The notes beneath the pieces are model-generated. The model was given only the letters and a program-made list of their open reading frames with translations. It made no database searches and was not told the DNA's origin. From positions 4,999 to 68,998 of the forward strand of contig JANNGS010000012.1 of the NCBI GenBank assembly GCA_031403995.1: 64,000 bases of DNA, given 5' to 3'. The DNA is from Thermoanaerobaculia bacterium (GTDB lineage: Bacteria; Acidobacteriota; Thermoanaerobaculia; Multivoradales; JAGPDF01). Of the stretch, positions 1 through 7,214 are shown piece after piece. The position numbers were made by a program, and so were the translations under genes. Position 1 is the first letter of the stretch; each line of letters starts with the position of its first letter.

Positions 1-87
1 CATCGCGGCTTCGAGTGCGGCACCGGGAGTGAGTGCGAAGAGCAGGGCCAGAACCGCGAGTCGACGCCTTGGTCGCAGGAGATCCAT
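1..87 (-). CDS. partial CDS: N-terminal signal-peptide end of a protein that continues past the left edge
   Basis: Minus-strand ATG at 85-87 followed by MDLLRPRRRLAVLALLFALTPGAALEAA, a basic n-region plus hydrophobic core. Only 29 codons are visible. Confidence 0.3.
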   Translation of the reverse strand, partial: MDLLRPRRRLAVLALLFALTPGAALEAAM

Positions 88-374
88 GTCGAAGTGATAC
101 GCACGAAAGCCCGGGGGGTTACCCAGGGCCAGGTCAGCATGCAGGGCATGCGCAGCTGCACGAGCTAGCTGCGGGAGCTCCAACCGACGGCAAGCACGGC
201 GACCAGGAAAAGAAGCGGGAACTGAACGCGGAACGCGTAGTCGTGAGAACCGCCCCCTGGGCACCCCGCCGGGCGGCCGGCTCGCGCTCCGCGAGGCCCC
301 GGCCCGCCGCCGGTTTGACCTCGATGCCGCCGCTGTGGCATCCTTGTCGACCCCGGCAGCCTGCTGCCGGGCTA

Positions 375-454
<80 letters not shown>

Positions 455-468
455 TCGAACTCTCCGTC

Positions 469-504
469 GAAGGCCGGGTGTCACCACCCGGCCTTCGTTT
501 TTTT
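469..504 (+). terminator. rho-independent terminator of tRNA-fMet
   Basis: Perfect 12-bp stem gaaggccgggtg / cacccggccttc with loop tcac, followed by g plus a T7 run. Confidence 0.85.
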
Positions 505-518
505 CCCCGCCCAGGCCC

Positions 519-1112
519 TCAGCGCGGCTCGCGCAAGGCGAGACCGACCGCGTGCTGAAGATAGAGGCGATCGAGCGACTGCGACGATTTGGCGATATGG
601 GCATTGGAGCTCATGTCGATGAGGTCGTCGATCTGGCGCAAGACGCCCACGTCGAGGATCAATTTGCGCAGCTTCCCGTTCGTCGACTCTTCGAGCTTGA
701 GCACCTGGGCGAGAAACCGCGCCGCGGCACCCGGTCCGGTTTCGCCGAAAACGCTGTGGGCGACCTCCGCCCGGCAGCGCTCGAGGACCGCGAAGACCTC
801 GTCGTCGAGCGGCGGCTCGATCGCGGCGAGCTCGCGCGCCTCTTCGATCGCTTCGAGGGCGGCGTCCCGGCCGGTCATCGGCGCCGAGCGGGCGAGCTCC
901 CCCGCTCCTTCCGTCAGCTTGCCGAGGACCTCGAGGTGGCGACCGAGCTCGACCTCGCGGTCGCTGAGCTCCCGGTCGAGGCGCGTCAGCCCCTCGCGCA
1001 CCCCTTTCGCAACCTGGCTGAAGTTCAGCTCTTCCTGCGCGACGAGAGGGCCGGATGGGGCAAGCAGGAGGAAGGAGAGGCCGGCAGCGAGAACGAGCGC
1101 ATTGCGGTTCAT
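519..1112 (-). CDS. hypothetical secreted protein
   Basis: ORF 519..1160 trimmed to the ATG at 1112, giving MNRNALVLAAGLSFLLLAPSGPLVAQEE (signal-peptide-like). The rest is helical and Glu/Leu/Ala-rich. No family recognised. Confidence 0.55.
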   Translation of the reverse strand: MNRNALVLAAGLSFLLLAPSGPLVAQEELNFSQVAKGVREGLTRLDRELSDREVELGRHLEVLGKLTEGAGELARSAPMTGRDAALEAIEEARELAAIEPPLDDEVFAVLERCRAEVAHSVFGETGPGAAARFLAQVLKLEESTNGKLRKLILDVGVLRQIDDLIDMSSNAHIAKSSQSLDRLYLQHAVGLALREPR

Positions 1113-1166
1113 GCGGATAGTTCTACACCAACATCGCGTCGGTTCCTGCACGGCAGCCAACAGACG

Positions 1167-1195
1167 AAAAAGGGGGCGCCCATCGCGGGCGCCCC
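1167..1195 (-). terminator. rho-independent terminator downstream of the fasciclin gene
   Basis: Minus strand reads ggggcgccc-gcgat-gggcgcccc (9-bp GC stem) followed by cTTTTT, 27 nt after the stop at 1222. Confidence 0.75.
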
Positions 1196-1221
1196 TGCAC
1201 TTCCGCCATCCTGCTGCGGGT

Positions 1222-1773
1222 TCAGATCGGCAGCAGGACGCTGTCGACGACGTGGATCACCCCATTCGACTGGTTGACGTCGGCGATCGTCACGGTCGAC
1301 GTCAAACCCTTCTCGTCCTTGAGCACGACCTTGCCATCCCGGATCATGGCCTGAACCGTGCCGCCGGAGACCGTCTTGAAACTCGTCGTGCCTTTGCCGT
1401 CGCCGATCATCTTGATGAGATCGGCGCTCGTCACCTTCCCGGCCACGACATGGTAGGTCAGGATCTTCGCCAGAGCCGCCTTGTTCTCGGGCTTGAGGAG
1501 CGAATCCACCGTACCGGCCGGAAGCTTGGCGAAGCCGCCGTTGGTCGGCGCGAAGAGAGTGAACGGCCCTGCTCCCTTCAGGGTGGTGACCAGGTCGGCG
1601 GCCTTCACCGCAGCGACCAGCGTCGTGTGATCGGCCGAGTTCACGGCGTTGTCGATGATGTCCTTGTTGGGCAACATCTCCTTGCCACCGACCATGGGGT
1701 TGCTGCCGGCGAAGGCAACTGCTGCGAAAGCCACCAAGCCGAACGCTGCGACGAACTGCTTTCCGTTGCGCAT
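1222..1773 (-). CDS. fasciclin (FAS1) domain protein, secreted
   Basis: Starts MRNGKQFVAAFGLVAFAAVAFAGS (signal peptide). FAS1-like motifs: TLFAPTNGGFAKLP, ILTYHVVAGK, and the C-terminal NGVIHVVDSVLLP. Confidence 0.85.
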   Translation of the reverse strand: MRNGKQFVAAFGLVAFAAVAFAGSNPMVGGKEMLPNKDIIDNAVNSADHTTLVAAVKAADLVTTLKGAGPFTLFAPTNGGFAKLPAGTVDSLLKPENKAALAKILTYHVVAGKVTSADLIKMIGDGKGTTSFKTVSGGTVQAMIRDGKVVLKDEKGLTSTVTIADVNQSNGVIHVVDSVLLPI

Positions 1774-1849
1774 CTCAAGTTTCCTTTCGAGTAGGTGAAC
1801 CCGGCCGCGCAAGCGGCCGTTCGAAAGGACCTACGCCGCCCAGGGACGG

Positions 1850-1879
1850 CCGGATGGATCACTCCCGCGATCCATCCGG
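1850..1879 (-). terminator. stem-loop downstream of the MFS gene (possible terminator, no U-tract)
   Basis: Perfect 11-bp inverted repeat ccggatggatc / gatccatccgg with an 8-nt loop, 60 nt after the MFS stop. No T-run follows, so function is uncertain. Confidence 0.3.
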
Positions 1880-1938
1880 ATCGGCGCGCAGCGCGTATGC
1901 CCTCGAACGCCGCAGCTCGAGCCCGACTCTGGCGGAAT

Positions 1939-3231
1939 TCAGCTGCGGCGATTCGGCGCTGCGGCTTCGGGCTCCAGCGTCGCCGTTGCAGGTCCTGCCG
2001 GATTCGCCGGCGCGTCGGCGTGCAGTCCACCGGCGAAAACGAGCGTCGCGATCGCCAGGCCGCACGAGATCCAGAACGGGGCGCCGGGACCGAATCTCTC
2101 GAACGTGAATCCGGCCCACATCGGACCGACCAGCCGCGCGACTCCGCCGTAGGCCTGCTGCACGCCCATCGTCGCTCCGAGCTCGTGGCGCTGGGCGAAG
2201 CGCGAGACCAGCGATGACGAGGCCGGGAAGAGCAGCGCCGTGCCGACCGGAATGAACAGGATCGCCGCGAAAAAGACGAGCAGACTGGGCGCGACGGCCT
2301 GGGCTGCAAAGCCCGCGGCGAGCGCCACGAGTCCGATCCGCATGACCCCGCTCTCGCCGAGCCGGCGCACCGCGGGCCCCAGCAGGAGGCTCCGCATGAC
2401 CAGCGAAATCGCGCCGACGAAGGTATAGATGAGACCGAAGGACTTTTCCGTGATCCCGAAGCGCTTCTGGAGGAAGAGCGCCAGCACGGCGTTCATGGCC
2501 ATGAACGCCATCATGCCGACCGCATAGATCCAGATCAGCCGCGCCACCGGCCGTTGGGGATGCACGAAGACGTCGAGCATGCGCCGGCGGAGCGACCCTC
2601 GCCCCTCGACCTTCGCCTGCGCACGCGCCTCCGCGCTCGACGACTCCGGCAGCCAGCGCTTGACGAACAGGAGGTTCAGCAGGCAGAGCGCGGTCGCCAC
2701 GAGCCCTGGAGTCGCCGGGCCGCCGAACGCAGCCAGCGATCCCAGCGCCGGCCCGAGCATGACCCCCGCCGAGGTCGCGGCGGAGATCCAGCCGAGCGCC
2801 TTGGCGCGCTCCTCCGGAACGATGGCGTCCCCGACGTAGGCCTGCACGACTCCGGTCGTGGCGCCTCCGGCACCCGCCACGAAGCGCGACACGAAGATCA
2901 GCGCGATCAGCCAGGCGGGCGAAATGCGCGCCATCGCCCACTCCGAGCAGGCGAGCGCGAGGAGGAGAAAGGCGACGGTGGCGATTCCGATGCCGAGCAT
3001 CAGCGTCGGCCGACGCCCCCGGCGGTCCGAGAGCTTCCCCCAGTAGGGCGCCACCAGCAGCTGCGCCAGCGCAAACGCGGAGACCATCAGGCCGATGACG
3101 AACGGCGAGGCGCCCAGACGGTCCGCGTAGAACGGCAGCACCGGCATGACCATCAGGAAACCCATCATGTCGACGAAGACCGTCGCCATGAGCGCCCAGA
3201 GCCGCGCCAGCGAGACCCGATCGGGCGCCAT
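1939..3231 (-). CDS. MFS transporter (drug/H+ antiporter-like)
   Basis: About 12 predicted TM segments. N-terminus LMATVFVDMMGFLMVMPVLPFYADRLGASPFVIGLMVSAFALAQLL and the GKLSDRRGRRP loop motif are typical of MFS. The ATG at 3231 overlaps the permease TGA by 1 nt (TGATG); an alternative TTG lies at 3234. Confidence 0.85.
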   Translation of the reverse strand: MAPDRVSLARLWALMATVFVDMMGFLMVMPVLPFYADRLGASPFVIGLMVSAFALAQLLVAPYWGKLSDRRGRRPTLMLGIGIATVAFLLLALACSEWAMARISPAWLIALIFVSRFVAGAGGATTGVVQAYVGDAIVPEERAKALGWISAATSAGVMLGPALGSLAAFGGPATPGLVATALCLLNLLFVKRWLPESSSAEARAQAKVEGRGSLRRRMLDVFVHPQRPVARLIWIYAVGMMAFMAMNAVLALFLQKRFGITEKSFGLIYTFVGAISLVMRSLLLGPAVRRLGESGVMRIGLVALAAGFAAQAVAPSLLVFFAAILFIPVGTALLFPASSSLVSRFAQRHELGATMGVQQAYGGVARLVGPMWAGFTFERFGPGAPFWISCGLAIATLVFAGGLHADAPANPAGPATATLEPEAAAPNRRS

Positions 3232-4934
3232 CAACGCACCTCTTTCTCGCGGCCCCAGAGCAGGAAGGCGGCGGCCGAGAGCGCGGTCAAGAGGACTCCA
3301 TAGACCGCGGCGACGCCGGTCTCCTGCAGCCGGAGGTTGGAGAGGATCTCGATCGAGATCGGGCGGGTTTCATAGGTGTAGAGGACGATCGAGACCACGA
3401 AATCGCCGAACGCGGCGAGAAAGGCCAGGCTCGCTCCGGCGGCGAGAGCCGGCCGCACTCTGGGAAGAGTTACGCGGGCGAGCGTGCGAAGTTTACCGGC
3501 TCCCAGCGAAGCCGAGGCTTCCTCGAGCTGCGGGTCCATCTGCTCGAGCGCCGCGATCGCCGCCTGCCCGGTGGCGGGAAGGGCACGCGCAAGGTAGGCG
3601 AGCGGCAGGATCGCCGCCGTGCCGACGAGCAGAAAGCGGCCAGAGGCCGGCGAGTTCACACTCATCGTGGTGGCGAGAGCCACGGCGAAAGCGGTCGCCG
3701 GCACCGCCCAGGGGATGGCGACCAGGAGGCCGATCGCGCGCGCCCAGAACACCCCGCCGGGCCGCCGGTCGACCGCCCGCCGCGCCGCGACGAAGCCGAG
3801 AACGAGCGCCCCCGCCGTGGCGACGAGCGCCATCCAGAGCGAGTTCGCCACCGGACGCAGCGCCTCCGCCGCCGCCCCGGTCGCTCCCAATGCCCGGTAG
3901 TTGGCGAGCGAGAGCACCGGCGGGAAGAGCTCGGTCGTCCAGCTGGCCCGTGGCACGAACGAGATCAGGATCAGCGTCAGGTGCGGCAAGAGCAGCAGCA
4001 GCGCCAACGACCACCCGGCGAGGGCGAGCGCCAGCCGCGCCGCCGGCGAGCGCACCTGCCGGCGCTCCGGCGGCGTCCCGCGCTGTGTCGCCGCGCGCCT
4101 TCCGAGGTGCCGGCGCTGGAGCCCGCGAGCGATCAGCAGGCCGCCGATCGCCACCGCGATGAGAAAAAAGGTCTCGACCTCGGCGATGTCGACGTCGCCG
4201 TTCTGGCGCGAGGCGAGGATCTGGGTGGTCATCACCCGGAACGAGCCGCCGAAGATGTACGGCGCCGAGAACGAGCCGAGCGCGGTGAGGAAGGTGAGGA
4301 TCGCCGCCGCCGCGAGCGCCGGCGCGAGGCCCGGCAGGACGACGCGGGTGAGCGTCCGCCAACGTGAGGCGCCGAGGGACGCCGCCGCCTCGAGCTGGGC
4401 GCCGTCGAAGCGCGCCAGCGCGGCGCGCGTGAAGAGGTAGAAGTAGACGTACATCGAGTAGGTGTGAACGAGGAGGATCGCCCCGGGACCGGTCAGCCGC
4501 CACGGCGCACCGGACGACTGCACCAGGCTCCCGACCAGACGGGTCGCCATGCCGCTCTCGCCGTAGAGATAGAGAAAGGCGATGACGCCGACGAGCGGCG
4601 GCAGCGCCACCGGCAGTGCCAGAAGCTCGCCCAGGACACGCCGCCCCGGGAACTCGGCGCGGGCAAAGAGAAAGCCGAGCGGTACGCCGACGAGCCCGGC
4701 GAGTCCGACCGACGCGAGCGAGATCCACAGGCTGCGAAAGAGCGCCGTCCACTCGTCCGGCCGGTTCACGAACTCGGTGAAGGGTGCGCTCGCGCCGGCA
4801 CCGGCGCCGGGAACGCCACCGGCCTCGGGAACGAACGCGGCGAAGGTGGTCACGACGAGCGGATAGCCCACCAGCCAAACGAGCAGGAGGAAGACCCCAG
4901 CCCCGATCCACCATCGCCGGGCAGCAGCGCTCAA
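3231..4934 (-). CDS. ABC transporter permease, fused two-domain (FbpB/iron(III)-type)
   Basis: Two tandem binding-protein-dependent permease halves, each with an EAA-like loop (LEAAASLGASRWRTLTRVVLP and LEEASASLGAGKLRTLARVTLP). The track ORF extends to 5183 but would overlap the ATPase by 250 nt. A TTG at 4934 forms a TTGA overlap with the ATPase stop. Confidence 0.8.
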   Translation of the reverse strand: MSAAARRWWIGAGVFLLLVWLVGYPLVVTTFAAFVPEAGGVPGAGAGASAPFTEFVNRPDEWTALFRSLWISLASVGLAGLVGVPLGFLFARAEFPGRRVLGELLALPVALPPLVGVIAFLYLYGESGMATRLVGSLVQSSGAPWRLTGPGAILLVHTYSMYVYFYLFTRAALARFDGAQLEAAASLGASRWRTLTRVVLPGLAPALAAAAILTFLTALGSFSAPYIFGGSFRVMTTQILASRQNGDVDIAEVETFFLIAVAIGGLLIARGLQRRHLGRRAATQRGTPPERRQVRSPAARLALALAGWSLALLLLLPHLTLILISFVPRASWTTELFPPVLSLANYRALGATGAAAEALRPVANSLWMALVATAGALVLGFVAARRAVDRRPGGVFWARAIGLLVAIPWAVPATAFAVALATTMSVNSPASGRFLLVGTAAILPLAYLARALPATGQAAIAALEQMDPQLEEASASLGAGKLRTLARVTLPRVRPALAAGASLAFLAAFGDFVVSIVLYTYETRPISIEILSNLRLQETGVAAVYGVLLTALSAAAFLLWGREKEVR

Positions 4935-6076
4935 GCCGAAGGCCCCTCCACCAACGCAGAAGCAAACAGCTTGGGACAAGCGTCGGCGCGCAGGCGCAGA
5001 CCGACCTCGACTCCAGGCGCGGGAATCTCCCCCGTGACCATCACTTCGATCTCGACGCCGGAATCCAGACGCACCGTCAGGTAGCTCACCGGCCCACTGA
5101 AGCGAGCGGAAAGAAAGGCTCCAGTAAAGGGAGTGCCGGGCGCGGCGCCGTCGCAGATCTCCAGCATCTCCGGACGCAGCCACAGATCTGCTTCTTTCCC
5201 TTTACCGAAACCACGCGACGCCAGCGACAACGTCGCCCCCGGCGCGAGCGCCGGGCCGCTGACGGCCGTGGGAGAAAAACCGTTCTCTGCTTGCGGCCCC
5301 ACCTCCTGGATGGTGACCGGCAAGAAACTTCCGCGGCCGATGAAGCCGGCGACGAAACGCGTCGCCGGCGCGCGATAGAGCTCGTGCGGCGTGCCAAGCT
5401 GCGCCAGCCGCCCGCCGTGGAGGAGGGCCACGCGGTCGCCGAGATCGAACGCCTCCTCCTGCTCGTGGGTCACCAGGAGCGTCGTGATGCCGATCCGCCG
5501 CAGCGTCGCCGCGAGCTCGCGACGGGTCCGTTCGCGCAGCGTCGGATCGAGGTTCGACAGCGGCTCGTCGAGGAGGAGCACCCGGGGCTCCGGCGCGAGG
5601 GCGCGCGCGAGAGCCACGCGCTGCTGCTGGCCGCCCGAGATCTCGGAGATCCGGCGGCGCTCGAAGCCGGCGAGATCCACGCTCGCGAGCGCCGCGGCGA
5701 CGCGCTCCTGGACCTGGGCTCTCGGGAGCTTTCGGGCCTCGAGACCGAAGGCCACGTTCTCGCCCACCGAGAGATGGGGAAAGAGCGCGTAGTGCTGGAA
5801 GACCATGCCGAAGTCCCGCCGCGCCGGGGGGAGGCGCTCGACTCGCTGCTCGCCGACCCGCAGCGTGCCGCGGTCGGCGGTCTCGAAACCGGCGACGATG
5901 CGCAGCAGTGTCGTCTTGCCGCTCCCCGAGGGCCCGAGGAGCGCCAGCACCTCGCCGCGCGGCACGGTGAGGGAGATGCCGTCGAGCACTCTCTTCTCCC
6001 CGAACTGCTTGCCGATGTCGTGCAGGACGAGATCGGTCGCGGCTGCCGTCGCGGCGGGGTCCGGAGGCGTGGTCAT
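4931..6076 (-). CDS. ABC transporter ATP-binding protein (FbpC/PotA-like)
   Basis: Walker A GPSGSGKTT, signature LSGGQQQRVALARAL, Walker B VLLLDEP, plus a C-terminal TOBE-like domain. Start trimmed to the ATG at 6076 (ATGA overlap with the SBP stop). Confidence 0.9.
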   Translation of the reverse strand: MTTPPDPAATAAATDLVLHDIGKQFGEKRVLDGISLTVPRGEVLALLGPSGSGKTTLLRIVAGFETADRGTLRVGEQRVERLPPARRDFGMVFQHYALFPHLSVGENVAFGLEARKLPRAQVQERVAAALASVDLAGFERRRISEISGGQQQRVALARALAPEPRVLLLDEPLSNLDPTLRERTRRELAATLRRIGITTLLVTHEQEEAFDLGDRVALLHGGRLAQLGTPHELYRAPATRFVAGFIGRGSFLPVTIQEVGPQAENGFSPTAVSGPALAPGATLSLASRGFGKGKEADLWLRPEMLEICDGAAPGTPFTGAFLSARFSGPVSYLTVRLDSGVEIEVMVTGEIPAPGVEVGLRLRADACPKLFASALVEGPSA

Positions 6077-7146
6077 GGTGCCGGCGAGGCTGGCGCGGGC
6101 GCTTCGAGCGCCGCGCCTTTGCCGCGCACCGTGCGATCCCAGGTTGCCATCCACTCCTGCCCCTTCGCCGCGGCGAGCGCCTCGTCGTAGACCGCCGGCT
6201 GCATCGCGGTGAGGACCTCCTGCGCCCAGGGCGGCAGCTTCTCGAGCGGAATGTCGGTGCGCGCCGGAATGCGGAAGGCGCGCTCAGCGGCGAGCGCCTG
6301 CGCTTCGACCGAGCCCACGAACTCGAGGAGCTCGAGCGCCGCCGTGCGGTGCGGCGCGCCGGTCGCGAGGGCCACCGCGTCGTCGATGACCGGCGTGCCG
6401 CTGGCAGCGAAGCGGTAGCCGAACGGCACCCCCTTCTGGCGCTCGAGCAGGATGTCGGTGAGCTCCCACATCGTCACCTCGCCTTCGCCGCGCATCACCT
6501 TCTCGTGCAGAAGGGCCGGATTGGCGACGTACTCCTTGGTCTGGGCATCGAGCCGCGCGAGCCAGTCGAAGCCGCGCGCGGTCGACCCGGTCTCCGCCGC
6601 CGACTTCGCGAGCACCATGCTGAAGATCGTGCGCATCACGCCGGAGGCGATCGGATCGCGGATCAGCACGCGGTTGGCGAAGCGCGGCTGTAGGAGGTCC
6701 TCCCAGTCGCGCGGGGCATCTGCCTCAGGCACCAGTTTCTGGTTGTAGACGATGACCGGCAGGGTGCGGAAGGCTCCGAAGTAGAGGTCGCCCGCGCCGC
6801 GCGAGCTCGCCGGCACGGCGTCGGCCCACGACGGCCGATAGGGCGCGAGGAGCCCCTCGCCGGCGGCGCGGGCGAAGATCGCATCCGGGCCGCCGAACCA
6901 GACGTCGCACTGCGGATTGGCCTTCTCCGAGCGGATCCGGTCGTAGACCTCCTGCGACCCCATGTCGAGCCAGCGCACGTCGATCTGCGGATGCTTCGCT
7001 TCGAACGCCTGCTCGAAGAGCAGCAGCAGATCCCGCCCGTGCGGCGAATAGACCATCACCGGCGTCCGGCCGTCCGAGCAGCCGCCAAGGCCGGCCAGAC
7101 TCGCGGTCGCCAGGCCCGCAATCACGTGAAAAGCCCATTTCTTCAT
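6073..7146 (-). CDS. ABC transporter substrate-binding lipoprotein (Fe(III)/FbpA-AfuA-like family 1 SBP)
   Basis: Trimmed to MKKWAFHVIAGLATASLAGLGGCSDG (lipobox LGGC). VMVYSPHGRDLL..VYDRIRSE..CDVWFGG resembles iron(III)-type SBPs. Substrate is not certain. Confidence 0.8.
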   Translation of the reverse strand: MKKWAFHVIAGLATASLAGLGGCSDGRTPVMVYSPHGRDLLLLFEQAFEAKHPQIDVRWLDMGSQEVYDRIRSEKANPQCDVWFGGPDAIFARAAGEGLLAPYRPSWADAVPASSRGAGDLYFGAFRTLPVIVYNQKLVPEADAPRDWEDLLQPRFANRVLIRDPIASGVMRTIFSMVLAKSAAETGSTARGFDWLARLDAQTKEYVANPALLHEKVMRGEGEVTMWELTDILLERQKGVPFGYRFAASGTPVIDDAVALATGAPHRTAALELLEFVGSVEAQALAAERAFRIPARTDIPLEKLPPWAQEVLTAMQPAVYDEALAAAKGQEWMATWDRTVRGKGAALEAPAPASPAP

Positions 7147-7214
7147 CCGGGGAACTCTAGCCCAAGCGATCCCTCGTCGACCTCGCCGAGCGCTTGAAGC
7201 CTCGGGCGGCAGCT

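Noticed and set aside
4935-5183. Permease N-terminal extension (track ORF start 5183) implying a 250-nt overlap with the ATPase gene, or a frameshift
   Set aside because: The extension is Arg-rich with no TM segment. A TTG at 4934 gives a TTGA junction with the ATPase stop, right before the first hydrophobic helix, so no frameshift needs to be invoked.
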